Positions 25,289-39,227 of a stretch of 64,000 nt of DNA are shown here, piece by piece. The stretch's first letter is position 1. Each line of letters begins with the position of its first letter. The stretch is from Octopus bimaculoides (Eukaryota). The translations under genes and the position numbers were made by a program. The notes under the pieces are model-generated. The model did not search any database, was not told where the DNA came from, and saw only the letters and a program-made list of their open reading frames with translations. Location of the stretch: contig NC_068998.1 in NCBI RefSeq assembly GCF_001194135.2, positions 19,369,423 through 19,433,422 of the forward strand, written 5' to 3'.

Positions 25289-26329
25289 TTAAATATACTG
25301 AGGTAAGTAAGTGAGCTTAATGGCAAATCCCAATGAAGGAAGGTACAGAGTTAAGTTTACAATAGGATTCAGATTTATGTCTAATAAATGTGTTATTTCA
25401 ACTATTTATTCAGTTGTTATTAATTTATTCTTTTTAATTAATTGATTATAAGTCAATGGTGTGGTAGAGACTGAGATTCGATAGAGTGGTGAACAAGTGC
25501 TTTGCATCAATATACTGCATCTGACGGCTTACAAAATACACTCTTTTCCTAAAAATGTCTAAAAAAAAATCATTTCAAGTCTTGTGTGTGAAGTTGCTTT
25601 AAATATTACATGCTTTAATACACTCCAAAGTTATCTCTTGAATATGTGCAGCTGAAGTTGGGGTGCGTTTCATCTAATATGCTTGTGCATCTTTTATTCA
25701 ATCAAATATGGTAATTATATTCTTTAACATTCTGAGTTCAAATCTTACTAGGGTTTGCATTGTCATTTTCTGGAACCAATAAAATAAGTACCAGTCATAC
25801 ATTGGGTTAATATAATCAAATATGATCAACCAATATACTGCTAACATGTAACCCAGTACAGACTATTGCATAGTCAGGTTGTTGGTAAATAAACAGACAA
25901 ACCCACTTGCTTGGTGAGGAAGGTGATTGTGGACATCCTGTAGGATGATCTATCAAAGGGCAGATGAACTCAAGTGAGTCAATGATAATCAAATAATGTG
26001 TACATATGCACATTATATATGGGTGTGTATATTTAGTAGCATGTTCTCATTTCATTCTAATTAGTCAACGAAGAAATAAGTAACCTACAACTTCAAAGTT
26101 TGTGGCAGCAGGTAATAGGGACAAGTGGTGAAGGTACCAACATACTGTCATGTTTGGCTACAAGTCATGATGCAGGGCAAATATCTAGAATGATGTTTTA
26201 TGGCTGGGATAGCCAACCAAGTTAGATGGTACTGTAAAACCTGGAAATCCTTTAGCTATTTCAGAAATCTCTTGTATTCTCATACAAGCTCAGATGTCTT
26301 GATTATACTGTTTAATATGATTTTTATCC

Positions 26330-26600
26330 TTGGGTAGCAACTGTTATTTCCTATTTGCTCATCCCTAGAAAGTATGAAAAATGGTTAATGTTATCTTCAG
26401 ACTTTGCTTTGGTTACATTTATTCCAGCTCCAAAGAATCCCTCTCAACACATGGCGATGATGCTCCCCCACTACTCCTGCTCATAATTAGAGATTTACAT
26501 GTAGTCAGCCACTAAGGGGCATGCTCAAATGGCTAAGATCAAGTAACTGACAAGCAAATCTGTGGTATTGAGTAGAATATTTGCTATAATGATATTTCTG
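26330..26600 (+). repeat. Dispersed repeat of unknown class, second copy at about 16625-16890
   Basis: Shared GGGTAGCAACTGTTATTTCCTATTTGC...CAAGCAAATCTG...AGAATATTTGCTATAAT, same orientation. Confidence 0.75.
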
Positions 26601-27034
26601 CTTCAGCAACTCAGCACTGAATGTCAGAAATGTAATGGAAAATAGGTCAATTTGAAAACATTGAAGTCCAGGTCACAAAAGCAAAGTTTGAAGGGAATAG
26701 TTGTCACTTACTTTGATTTCTAGATAGAAGCAAATAGGAAATAACACTTACTGACCAAAGACAAAAAAAAATTTGTTACACTGCGTATTTTGCGTAAAAG
26801 AATGAGAGTAAATCTGATGTATGTACACCTCTTTCTCACTATAAAAAAACCCCTTGTGCCAGTTTAGCATCTGCCTAAGCCATCATCAATTGTGGGCAAA
26901 CTATCAAACAAATTTTCTTTTTAACTAAATATCAGCAATTTATTTTACAAAATTTTTCAGATAAAAATATAGAAACTTGACAACAAATTATAAACTAAAA
27001 TAAAACTAAGAATTAATTAAAATAAGCCATTTAC

Positions 27035-27116
27035 CTGTCCAGCATAGTGTTGACTCATCTGACCAATTAATTGACTTTGGTTATAAAAACTGTGATTTCT
27101 TTCAAAATACCCAAGT
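27035..27116 (-). CDS. VPS13: VPS13 exon (LGYFERNHSFYNQSQLIGQMSQHYAGQ)
   Basis: ttccag / gtaaat sites, 82 nt, phase 2-0. Confidence 0.93.
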
Positions 27117-27809
27117 CTGGAAAAAGTAAAACATGAAGTAGATTAACTCCTAGTTCTGGATTCAAAACCTTTTATTTTCCTTAATCAATAAAAACAAAAG
27201 GAAATTTGGTAGAAACCTAGATGGCAATTTGTTGTGTAGATTAACAAAAGCAATTTATTTCCTATAAGGGGGGAAAAAAAACAACCTTTATCACAACACT
27301 CAGTTCTTCTAGAGTAGACTTATGGCAAGGAAGTAACCAATCATAGTCATAAGAGCAACTCACAGCTCCTACTACACATATATGCAAATGTAATATAGAT
27401 TAAATTGTTGTTCATCTAGTGTTCTATCTGTGGTCATCAGAGTTTTGTTGTTGACATAAAATTGTAGCAGTTTATTTACATGAGGTCAGTAAAAAGTTTA
27501 TAAAAAAAATTTTGTAGTTATTACATAGATTAGAATATGTATGTTTGTGTGTGTCTAAATAAAAAATAAGGCACACACACACACACACACACACACATTT
27601 GTTTCATATTTTGAGTTTATACCCTGTTGGGAAAGACTGCTATTGATCACTTCAAGAACAAAATATGTGAGACACATACTTGTGTCCATTCAAGCTATTA
27701 ATATCTTAAATGTTTTTGTCATCTTTTTAACTTTCAACTTCAGTAAACAGTCAACTTTAAGTTAAGTGGAAGATAAAACAATATTTGAGAATTAAATGAA
27801 CAGACTTAC

Positions 27810-27937
27810 TTGAAAACGACATCCTGAACATCAGTTAGTACAACACCAACACTCTGGAGGAAAATATTGAGAATGTTGGATTTAATTTCTGCTGGACCAT
27901 CTTCTCCACCACCTTGCAGAGAGAAACTCAAATGAAT
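27810..27937 (-). CDS. VPS13: VPS13 exon (IHLSFSLQGGGEDGPAEIKSNILNIFLQSVGVVLTDVQDVVFK)
   Basis: ttgcag / gtaagt sites, 128 nt, phase 0-2; HLS.SL and S.G..LTDV.D motifs. Confidence 0.94.
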
Positions 27938-28927
27938 CTGCAAAAAAAAAAAAAAAATTTTTTTCCTTACTCTTTTACATTAATTTTTGTTATCACACTT
28001 GCATGAGTAGCATGTTTTCATACTGGGGCAATTGTTTCCACTGAGTTTATATCCTGTTGGGATATAAACCCAATGGAAGGTTATATCCTAGTGGCTAACA
28101 ACACAATATATTGAAATAACAGAGATATTGATAGAATAGATATGGGTTATGAGATTTATAAATGACAAACCACTGATCACTAAATTTTAATTTAATTTTG
28201 TAATTTTTTTAAGTAATGAGTTTGATTTGGATAAAAATCTGATAAATTTTTGTCCTTAATTAATTTCATTTCTTATAGATCAGTTGGTGAGCAAGCGTCT
28301 GACTGAATTTGATTTGAATGCAAACTTTCACTAGATACTTGTCACCACAAATTTATACATATGTTGTCTGGTTAGGATAAATGTGCTACCTTAACTTTCT
28401 TGAGGGAGAATGAATTCTTTCAACAAAATATTAACCTATCACTCATAGTTACTCACAAGAAAATTTGACAATTGTTTTCATAATATTTAGTTAAAACCAT
28501 TAACTTTTGCAACAAAAAATAGAATATCTAATCCTAGTTTATTTTTAAATTTTCAAAGCATTAATATTAACCATTTAGTATTCAGATTACTCTACCAAAT
28601 TAACTCGTTATTTATTCAAATTGTTTTGAATTAATCACACATCATCTTGTAGCTTTGAGATTTTGTAAATGTGATTGTCTATTTTTAAAACGACATTTTA
28701 GAGTCTGTGTGAGAGGCCAGATCTGATATTGGATCATTACTCCATTGTGGGCCTTGTTAATCTTTGTAGAAGACTAGTAATTGTCGAACATGGTTAGTAC
28801 TGCAAAGCACAATAATCTCTTTCGTTGAATAATATCTATATTGCAATTTTAAATGAGAACTTTGTATTTGGGAAAGCTAACATTTCCCATATTTGGATTA
28901 CAAACAAAATTATAAATAGAAGCTTAC

Positions 28928-29047
28928 CTTGATAGGTGAGAAGTGTAAGTAGTCATAGAAGTTCTTTTGTTCTTCAACAAGAGACACACCAGCCACATCA
29001 ATAAGTTCTGTCTGGGTTATCTTACAGTCTTCAAGGAACAGACGGGT
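28928..29047 (-). CDS. VPS13: VPS13 exon (TRLFLEDCKITQTELIDVAGVSLVEEQKNFYDYLHFSPIK)
   Basis: ctgtag / gtaagc sites, 120 nt; F...H.SP.K motif. Confidence 0.93.
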
Positions 29048-30004
29048 CTACAGGTAAAATATTATATAGATTGAGTGAAATAATTGCTGAAGGTATTGTT
29101 GAGAGAGAGAGAGAGAGAGAGAAGAAAAAAGAGAAAATAGAGAGAGAGAGTGAAAGAGAGAAAAGAGGTATTGAGAGAGAAAGAGAGAATGAAAGCAGAC
29201 AAAACATGCAAAGAAAGAAAACTAAGAGCAAAAAAAAAAAAAGAATGAGTTCTAACTGTGGAGAGCTAAACTATTCACATACTGAATAAAAAAAGCTTCT
29301 GTAGTAGTGATTTTGTCAAAAGTAATGTCATTCTAATGAGTTGTCTTAAGTCAGAACAGAAATTATAACTAAAAAACTACCTCTGGTAATTATTCCCTTT
29401 TGTTGGATTGTTTAGTATGTAAACAGAAGCAAGAAACTATTAAAAGAACGTTGGAGAAACTATCTAGGGTAAGTGGTTTGATGCAGAGTTGAACATATAT
29501 ATAAATGCAAAAAAAAAAAAAATTCATTGCTAAATTAATCTTTTTATTAATTGTATTCATAAAGCTGGTAGCTTAACATGTGAACAAGCAGTGGGATAAA
29601 ATTTGATTCCATGAGGAAGAAGTCTATCGTTTTGGGAAGAACTTTCAGAGAATGAAAGAAATGTTAACTTATGCTGCAGGATAAATTCATTGGGGTTAAT
29701 GAAAGTGAGGCTAAATTATAACAATTGAAGAATAAGGAAATGGGAAAGGAAGCAACATTTGAACCTCTTGGTAAAATATGTCACATGCGCAAACACACAC
29801 ACACACACCATCAGTAGTTCATATAACCTGGAAAAGAAGCAAACTCTAAAACATTAGAGCATTAATGTATTTAGAAGGTTGATTGTTATGGTTTCTAGAT
29901 ACAGGTAAGCACTTTACAGGTGTGAAACCAATGGTTACTCTCTGACTGGTTATAACACTCAGCCTGCTAAAGGTGTGTGTGTGTGTATATCTATATATAT
30001 ACGT

Positions 30005-30349
30005 GGAGGCGCAATGGCCCAGTGGTTAGGGCAGCGGACTCGCGGTCATAGGATCGCGGTTTCGATTCCCAGACCGGGCATTGTGAGTGTTTATTGAGCG
30101 AAAAACACCTAAAGCTCCACGAGGCTCCGACAGGGGATGGTGGTGAACCCTGTTGTACTTCCTGTTTCTGTTGTGCCTGTAATTCAAAGGGCCAGCCTTG
30201 TCACACTGAATATCCCCGAGAACTACATTAAGGGTACACGTGTCTGTGGAGTGCTCAGCCACTTGCACGTTAATTTCACGAGTAGGCTGTTCCATTGATC
30301 GGATCAACTGGAACCCTCGACGTCGTAAGCGACGGAGTCCCAACAACAA
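30005..30349 (+). mobile_element. Full-length young tRNA-derived SINE
   Basis: A-box TGGCCCAGTGG (30015-25), B-box GTTTCGATTCC (30059-69), CpG-rich body, (CAA)n tail; high identity to the copy at 3335-3639. Confidence 0.85.
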
Positions 30350-30851
30350 TATATATATATATACACACACGAGGTTATTACCAGTTCAACATATATTGTT
30401 TAATGTACACAGTATATAGTTATGAGCTACTAATAGTTTCATACATTGAAAATATCCTTCTGAATTTTTATAGTTAGCTTTTAAATAATAATTGGTCTCA
30501 TGTGTTTCATAGGTTTGATTAAAAAAAAAAAAGTTATCCTGGGGAAGAATTTCAAACTATAATCTTTGGTAAGAAATACAACAATATCTCTAGCACAAAT
30601 CTAAAACTCTCATAAGTCTTGTGATGAAGTTATACTTACCATACAGCCACTCCTGTGACTATATAATTAAACAACTTAATGATCAGTACCCTACTACTAT
30701 TTTATCTAATTGGAGAAGTGAAATGCAAAGTCAACTTTAATAGGATCTGAACTCATAACCATAGGTATACACTAACATTTTTTTGATGACTCTACTGACC
30801 ACACAAATGCAATTGTCTTCTGAAGTTGAAAAAATAAAAACAGATAAATAC

Positions 30852-30960
30852 CTCTTCAGTGTTTGAAATGATTTCATCAGATGAGAATAGTTGAAGAACA
30901 GCATTCAAAAAGTTCTGGTCCACTTTTGCAGACATCTCTTGAATTAGCACCTTAAAGTAT
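30852..30960 (-). CDS. VPS13: VPS13 exon (YFKVLIQEMSAKVDQNFLNAVLQLFSSDEIISNTEE)
   Basis: tttcag / gtattt sites, 109 nt, phase 2-0; KYF.VLIQEM motif. Confidence 0.94.
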
Positions 30961-31295
30961 CTGAAAAGGAATAATTATTTGGGAATATAGTTTAAATATG
31001 GTAGTTAATGGTTGAATCCAAATAAATTTTTTACATAATAGCTAAAATCTACACAAAATGTGTACCAAAGACCCTACCCTAAAAGGTTACGTTGTATAAA
31101 ATGTATTAAGCTATAAGCTATTTGTTGCATGAAAATGTTTTTACATGATTAGTAAATAGGTTCAAGAATATTGTAGTCTTTGCAAATAATAATACTAATA
31201 ATAATAATAATACTAATACTGATACTAATAATAATAATAATATTCCTTTCTACTATAGGCACAAGGCCTGAAACTTGTGGGGAGGAGACTAGTCG

Positions 31296-32930
31296 ATTAC
31301 ACTGTCAACTTTGTTGTCGCATCCTGTTTCGTCAAATTTACAGTTGTCACGCCATACAACAGCAAGCTCCACCACCTCATCAGTTGTTTCTTCTGGTTCG
31401 GATGATGATTTGGAGAACGAGTATTTTCCTAGTTCAGAATCAAATGATTCCAATAGCAATGATGATATTCCGGTGAATGAAAGGTACAAGCAGGCAGCAG
31501 TGAATGGCCCTGGACAACAGAGTGTTGTGTGGCGAGCAACAGACAATTTCGTCTGATGGCATGGGTTTACTGGTATGCCTGGCATAAAGGCAAACCTTGA
31601 GCATGGAAGTTTGCCATTGGAAATCTCCGAGTTTTTGATGGATGAAATATTCTAATATAAAGCGGACAAAATGAATGACTATGTTGAAAACCATCCCCAG
31701 CATGTCAGACCTGGGCATGGCAGTGATTGGTTTCCAACCACAGGGGACAAAATCAAACTTCTGCTTGCCCTGCTGATACTGATGGGCATCATGAAGAAAC
31801 CAGCCCTGGTGTCATATTGGAATGAGGATCCAGCCACATTGACACCTTTCTGGAAATGATGCCACGTGATCGATTTTTGGCACTTCTTCAAAATCTACAT
31901 TTCAACTCAGGCAAGAACTAGGATGACAGGCTGCACAAAATACGTATTATCATTGACAAAGTAGCTGAACATTTTAGAACAGTGTATGTCCCCATACAGG
32001 ACATTTGTGAGGACGAGAGTTTGGGGAAATTCAAGGGAAGGCTCTGATTCAAACAATACAACTCAACCAAATGTACCCGCTTTGGGGTCAGGGTTTATAA
32101 AGCATACCAGTTAGCTGGCAGAGCCTGTGGATACATGTGGAATAACAAAATCGACACTGATCAGGACAGATTGGATCTTCTAGCCGCTACTCTAGTAGTG
32201 TCAACTGATGTTGTGTTGTTGCTGAATGAAAACTTGTTCCACAAAGGCTACAATATTTATATGGACAACTGGTTTTCCAGTCCAGACCTCTTCCTGCAGC
32301 TGCAAGTGAGGAGGACTAATGCCTGTGAGACTGTGCGGATACACAGAAAAAACATGTTGCCTGATCTTCACAAGATAAAACTTTGCTCTAGTGTGGTGTG
32401 ACAAGAAAAACGTCTGCATGCTATCCACAATGCATTCTGCAAGCATGAAGGACATTAGGAAACAAGATGCAGATGGTAATACCATAATGAAACAGACAGT
32501 AGTTGTTTTATACAATGAAGGGATGGGTGAGGTTGATCACTCAGAACAGCTGGCAACGACACACAAATCGGTGAGAAAATTTGTGAAATGGTACAAAAAC
32601 ATTTTCTTGTATATAGTTGACATGTGGGTCCTGAACTCACATTTGATTTGGCAGATGCTTGGCGGTGTGGGGGATGGATTGACATTCAGGAATCTATTGT
32701 TCCATGAAATGATAGAAGTATCAAACCTGCCAAAGTACAGAAAGCATGGATGTCCCCATGCTAGACTCTCTCCTCGCTGCATGGTGGAGGGACGTGGACA
32801 TTTTCCACAACTGTTTCCCCCTGCCACCAAGAAGACAAATGCTTCAAAGAGATGCACAGTATGTAAAGCAAAATAGATACCATTGTTCACAATGTGATAT
32901 GTTACTGTGTGTGGTACTCTGTTTTTAACT
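31296..32930 (+). pseudogene. Decayed piggyBac (PGBD4-like, DDE_Tnp_1_7) transposase
   Basis: Acidic N-terminus; LLILMGIMKKP..SYW; DESLGKFKGRL*FKQY (D at 32012); YMDNWFSS (D at 32264); YNEGMGEVDHSEQ (D at 32535); C-terminal KRCTVC...C..C..LC cysteine-rich domain; several stops and frameshifts. Confidence 0.9.
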
Positions 32931-33630
32931 CTACCACACTAAAGTCAATTTTTGAATTCATGTGATTGTAAATACATGAAATTGATCTGACTTATGCTGT
33001 CGAGTGATCTTATTCAGGAATAATACTGCATGAGCATTCTGCATAGGGATATAGTTTAGGTACATAAACAATACTTGCACTAAAGCGATTGATGTAAATA
33101 TATGCCAAATGTTATCTCACACTGGGTGCTGATCTCAATCAGTGTGATTACCATTGCTGTTTGTAGCATCTTGGGCAAGTGTCTTCTACTATAGCTCTGG
33201 GCTGACCAAAGCCATGTGAGTGGATTTGATAGATAGAAATTGAAAGAAGCCCATCATGTATGTGTTTTGTTTCTGCATCCTGCCCTCCCACCCACAACTT
33301 GACAACTGGTGATTGTTTATGTCCTGCAATTTAGTAGTTCAGCAAAAGAAACCATTAGAATAAGTACAAGACTTACAAATAAGTATGGGGTTGATTTATT
33401 TGGACTAAAGTCCTTCAAGGTGATGCCCAACCATGGCAGAAATAAGTAAATGATAAAAAGATATCAACCGCTTAAAATATCATTGAAATAGAAAATCCAT
33501 CCTGTATATATGTTTCAAATGTTATATAAAAATAAAGACCTCACTAATAATAACGTTTACTGGTGTAATTTGGAAATGTTTAGAGTAAAGAAAGCAAATT
33601 CCTAAAAAACTATAAAGAAAAGCAACTTAC

Positions 33631-33700
33631 TTGACTTGAACAACATTGCTGTGTTCATGTTTTCGTTGCATAATACTGATTTCTGTGAAAGGTTTAGGAA
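33631..33700 (-). CDS. VPS13: VPS13 exon (VPKPFTEISIMQRKHEHSNVVQVK)
   Basis: tttcag / gtaagt sites, 70 nt, phase 1-2; PKPF motif. Confidence 0.93.
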
Positions 33701-34499
33701 CTGAAAGAAAAAGATGGAGGAAACCCAAGTCAAATCAATACACCTTAATGATTAAGTTCTTGGTAAAAATAAAGAAATAAATGTTTCTTAAAAAGCACAG
33801 AGGCTTACAAGGAGCAATGTTCAGTGTTGATTTTTATGGTCTTGAGTATATTTGATATACATATCGCACTGTAGTCTATCACAAGTAATATTACTACAAT
33901 AATCTAGTATATATTCTAGACTGTTAGGTGAGGCACATAAAAATAAATATTCTGCTTCATGAAAAAAACAAACACCCCACCCACCAAAACAAAAACATGA
34001 AGCAAATCTGAATGGAATCCAGAGTTTTAAGTTGAATACAATATTCATGTCCAGCTGATACCAGCATGGAAGACGGATGTCAAATAATGATGATGATAAT
34101 GATTATGCAATCAATGGAGTTCCAAATTTAACATCATGTAGTTACACTGAAGTGCAAGATCAATACGACCAATTTCAATTTGAAAGATACTGTTAACTTT
34201 ACACAGTTAAGATACAAGGTTTTCAAATTTGTATCTAAAATAAACTAGTAAAGTAAGAGAGGTAATATGGTTATCATGACATCAATAATAACAGTTAGCA
34301 TTAAAGATATAAAGATATCAATAATTTTATACTGAACTTTATGGTATATATATATCCATAGATAATTAACATTTTATACAATATCAGTTGTAAAACTGAG
34401 GCACAGTGGTTGTGAGGCTAAGGTTCTGGAGTTGGACTACTGATTGGATACAGGTCACAAGTTCAAATCTTACAACAACTTTAACAATGGCATTGTGCT

Positions 34500-34715
34500 T
34501 TGGTAGAATTGTTGGCAGCTGGTAGAATTGTTGGCATGCCAGGCAAAGTGTTTAGTAGCATTTTGTCTGCATTTACGTTCTGAGTTCAAATGCCGTTAGG
34601 GGTCAACTTTGCTTTACATACTTTGAGGGTTGATGAAATAAGTACCAGTCGATATAATTGACTTACCCCTCTCCCGAACTTGCTGTTCTTGTGCCAAAAT
34701 TTGAAACCAATATTA
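34500..34715 (+). mobile_element. Second SINE family (CTGAGTTCAAAT...GTCAACTTTGC...AAGTACCAG)
   Basis: Same motif set recurs near 11960-12040, 14185-14335, 36440-36655 (-), 36820-36965 (-), 52940-53100, 61940-62150. Confidence 0.7.
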
Positions 34716-35091
34716 CAAATACACGAATCACTGTATTGATCGGATTGTCAGCTGTTGTTTTACACTGATATCACAATATCTTTCATCAAAATGTAGCATT
34801 TGAATGATGCCACCCTGCTAACTGGGTGGGAAGACTGAAATTCTTCTGAATGGAACACCAGTCCATTGTAGAGTTACCTATTTACAGATGAGCAGACTGG
34901 AGCAGTATGGAACGACGAGTGTTGCTCAAGAACACGATGTACCACCAGTCTGGGAAATGAAACCATGGTTTTGTGATCATGAGAGCAACATCCTATCTAC
35001 TAGGCCATGTACCTTCACAAATACATGAATAAACAAATAAATAAACGAAAAAAGAAAAGAAGAAAAACTGAAATGTTTTATATTCACTAAC

Positions 35092-35173
35092 CACTATCAG
35101 CTGCTACAGATTTTGGAGGTGGAATTGGTGCCAAAACAGTTGGAAAAACTGCTCCACTGATTTGGTTATCCAA
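35092..35173 (-). CDS. VPS13: VPS13 exon (LDNQISGAVFPTVLAPIPPPKSVAADS)
   Basis: tttcag / gttagt sites, 82 nt, phase 0-1; DNQ..GA.FP.V..P..PPKS motif. Confidence 0.94.
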
Positions 35174-36199
35174 CTGAAATAGAAAATCAGATTATGAAGA
35201 TTAATAAAGAACTAGTACAATAATGATTATTCTTTAATTCTTCTATGACTATATTTCTAATAACAACAGATGAATTATTATGTTTCAATAAAATTTTTGA
35301 AATAATCCAGAATTTAAAATGGTTATTTTAAGATAATGAGTCATTGGATAAGCATGCTATTAATTTTAACCCCTGCCAGTTTAAAGCATTTTTATAATTT
35401 GTCCTCAATATCCATGCTTGTTTTCAGACTTTTAGTTAGCTCTTGTTTCATATATCCTAAGTCATATAAAACTTTTTTCATAAGTCCTAAGGGAATGTAT
35501 ATCATATATGATGCATGGACACCAGGGAAATATGTTGTGTATCACATGTAATACACAGGACAGGCAAAGGATAAATTTACAAATACATATTTCTAGTCTA
35601 GGACTAAGTACATATTCAGGAATAAGACAACTGATGATGTCAGAGATCAATCAGATTCAAACATAATGTAAATGCAGAAGTAAAAACATACACTAAAGAT
35701 GAGGTTAGTAGATAGGTGATTTAAAAAAAAAATACAGTTTTAAAAGTTTTACTTTCTGAAATCTGCTGTTATTGCTTATGAGGTAAAATTTCAGTTGAAA
35801 TTTTTAATTTAAATATGTAAATTTTGATACAAATAATTTTAGGTAAATTGGTATCATAGTGTCGAAGGCTGTCTCAAGTGATATTGTATTGGAAGGGTTA
35901 AAGAAATGGGTGGGTGGTTGAAAAAGAAAAAGCTAAGAATGCATTAATCCTATCCTATTCTGACTATATTTTTTAAAACTATACTGCTTTTGTTTCAATT
36001 AATTCTGAAAATGATGGAGAATTTAGTGAAATAAGTGTCATTATTAATCAGGTTTATGGAACATAAATTAACAAGAAATTTGGATGGTAGGTTTTAACTT
36101 AGATCACTTTAAAACAAGAAGATTGATTCATCGAATGAGAGGTGGTTCTCAGGTGGGTTGGTATCAAAAGGGTTAAAAAGTAGCAGAGTCATGGTTTAC

Positions 36200-36334
36200 C
36201 TGGAGACGATTAATTTTAGCATGCAACTGTAGTTGATGAGGTGAAGTTTTATATTGTAACCAGATTCCATCCTGGAAGCTTCGTCTAATGATGCGTTTGT
36301 TCGGTTTAGTCATAATCATTTCTTTGAAATCAAC
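36200..36334 (-). CDS. VPS13: VPS13 exon (VDFKEMIMTKPNKRIIRRSFQDGIWLQYKTSPHQLQLHAKINRLQ)
   Basis: tctcag / gtaaac sites, 135 nt. Confidence 0.93.
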
Positions 36335-37781
36335 CTGAGATTTTAAAAGAGAATGTGTTAATGTCACAACTAATAAAAAAAGTAACAATGGGGACTCCCT
36401 CACCCCCAGACATTATGAAGATGATAATGTATGTATGGATATATATATCCTTTCTGCTCTAGGCATAAGGCCTGAAATTTTTGGGGAATGGGTAGTTGAT
36501 TATATCAACTCCCAGTACTCAACTGGTACTTATTTTATTGACCCTGAATGGAAGAAAAGCAAAGTCAACCTTGGTGGAATTTGAACTCAGAGAGTAAAGA
36601 CAGATGAAATGCCACTAAGTATTTTTCCTAGTGTACTAACAATGCTGCCTTACATACATGGATGTATATCAGCACAAGATCTACAACTGTGAACAAAAGT
36701 AGTTGTAAAAAAAAAATTGAGCTCAGGAAAACAGAAATGAACACACTCAGGTACAGACCCCCACCTCACAGACATCCACATAAATAATAATTGTTTCAAA
36801 TTTTGACACAAGGTCAACAATGTTAGTGAGAGGGGATTAGTCAATTACATTGTCAATTTCTAATTACATTAGTCAATTACATAGACCCCAATTCTTGACC
36901 AGTACTTTATTTTATTGACTCTAAAAGAATGAAAAGCAAAGTTGACCTTGGTGGGATGAGAGCTCAGCAGCATACACAAATAATAACAAACATTACTAAT
37001 AATATGCATAATTTATTGAAAAATGTCATCAACTTCATCAATTTAACATTCACTTTTCCATATATGCATGGGTTTGATGGAGTTCATTGAGGCAGATTTT
37101 CAATGGATGGATGTCTTTCCTGTTGCTAACCCTCACCTATTTCCAAGCAAGGTAATATTTCTCAATGGCCAGACAGTCTTGCAGAATATTGGAAATGAAT
37201 GACACTGCTTGTATGACATTACCAACAATTTCACAACTATCATATGATGTCAAGACAAGAACACACACATACACAATGGGATTTTATTCAGTTTCAGTTT
37301 CTATCATTAAATCCACCCACAAGGACTTGGTTGGCCCATGGGTTTTAGCAGAAGATACTTGCCCAAGAGGCCATGCAGAGGGACTGAACTTCTTACTATA
37401 CAGTCATACCTCCACCAATAAATGTGCCAAATAACATAGAACTTTTAATAGAGAAATGACCAACAAGATATTGAGGTAAATATTACTCAAAGTTGTGATG
37501 CATATGTCCTGTGTCCCAAAATGCTAATACAGCAAAAGAAAACAACTTCATAAATATTTATGAAACATTTAGTAGGTGGGATGAGTATATTGTTAAAAAA
37601 ATATAGTTATTTGGTATCACTCTAAATTATTCTCAGAGGTAGAAGTACTAGAGTTAATTTGTTCAACTGAAACCCTTCAAAGTGGTTCCCCAGTATGGTC
37701 TCAGTCCAATGGTTGAAACAAGTAAAACAAAAGATAAAAGACAGCACTTCACAAGATTAAAAAAAAAAAATTTGTACTTAC

Positions 37782-37938
37782 TTCAAATTTATTTTCTAAA
37801 GTCTTGCGGGATGAAGCTGCTGCATTACCTAGAGAAAGTTCGTTGAGATATTTTTGGTAACCATCTTCCAAGTAGGCGCATGACTTCAAATTCAAGGCTT
37901 TGAACCGTTTTTTCTTTTCCTCCCAAATGACACCAGAA
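37782..37938 (-). CDS. VPS13: VPS13 exon (SGVIWEEKKKRFKALNLKSCAYLEDGYQKYLNELSLGNAAASSRKTLENKFE), WWE-like segment
   Basis: ttttag / gtaagt sites, 157 nt, phase 2-0; SGV.WE and LE..YQK motifs. Confidence 0.93.
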
Positions 37939-38192
37939 CTAAAAATGAATTGTAAGCCAATTTCAATATCTCAGTAAAAATATAAAATAAGGAAATATTC
38001 TGTAGGATGAATACACACTAAACTGTTGCACATGGAAGAATGTTAAATTTAAAACAGAAACAATAGATTAAACTGGCACAATAGAACCTGGGAAATCATT
38101 ACATCATGAGATGTGATACCAGTAGTCCAATCCATGCCAGTATGGAAAATCTATGTTAAACTGTGATGATGGTGATTATGTATGTATGTATG

Positions 38193-38239
<47 letters not shown>

Positions 38240-39227
38240 ATATTTTGCTTAGGCACTGTGAGGCTAATGACCTAGTATAGAACTCAATATACATGTGCTT
38301 CAGAATGAAGCATTAGTTGAATAGAGAGCAGTTATAAGAAAATGAGATGACAAAGGAATAAATGAGTTATTCTTTGCTCATTTCAGTTTTTTTACACACA
38401 CACACACACACACACAATGTTACATCATAAAACATGTGTGCACACACAAATTGTTACAAGAAAAAAATTCACCTCAAGAGGCAAAAGTTACATTAGCATT
38501 AGGGCAAAAAGATTGTATCATGTCTCTTCCCAAAGATATTGAAAAATATTTAATGTGTATGTACATGTGTACATGTGTGTGTGCACATATATATATATAT
38601 CTCATCATCATCATTCAATGTTTGCCTTCCGTGCTGGCATAGATTGGGCAGTCTGATAGCAGCTGGCAAGCCAGAGGACCATGCCAACCTCTGCTGCTTG
38701 CTTTGACATGGTTTCTGTGGCTGGATGCCCTTCTTATTGCCAACCACTATATAGAGTGTGCTGGGTGCTTTTTATGTAGCACTAGTGTGGTTATCAAGTA
38801 ACTTACAAGAGAATACCCCTCAATTGATGGGATAGAGGCAGTAGTACTAAGGGAAACAGCTTTGTGCCAGGAGATGAGAGGTTAGAGTATGATAAAGGGA
38901 TAGAAACATGTGTCTTGCAGTAGAGGAGATATATAGCTAACCCTATGCTGAACCAAATGAGATGTGAACTGTATATTCTATGAGTCACAAAGAACTGCCA
39001 TGAAATATATATTATATGAACTAGTGTGATACCATGAAATGTATACTTTATAAGCCACAGAAAGATGCTGTGAAACTTGCTGTTAGAACTAAGATGAGAA
39101 ATCATAAGAACCATAAAATGTATGCTGTACCAACCCCAGTAAGCTATTGTGCAATGTTTACTCTAACACTTGTTACTAAGTAAAGTAAAATGTATGGAAG
39201 GCCACAAGAAGCTACAAGATTACATAC

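Noticed and set aside
30005-30080. tRNA gene
   Set aside because: The tRNA-like head continues into a SINE body shared with other copies; no complete cloverleaf or terminator
31296-32930. Domesticated VPS13-piggyBac fusion (CSB-PGBD3-like)
   Set aside because: The transposase is on the opposite strand and is broken by several stops and frameshifts
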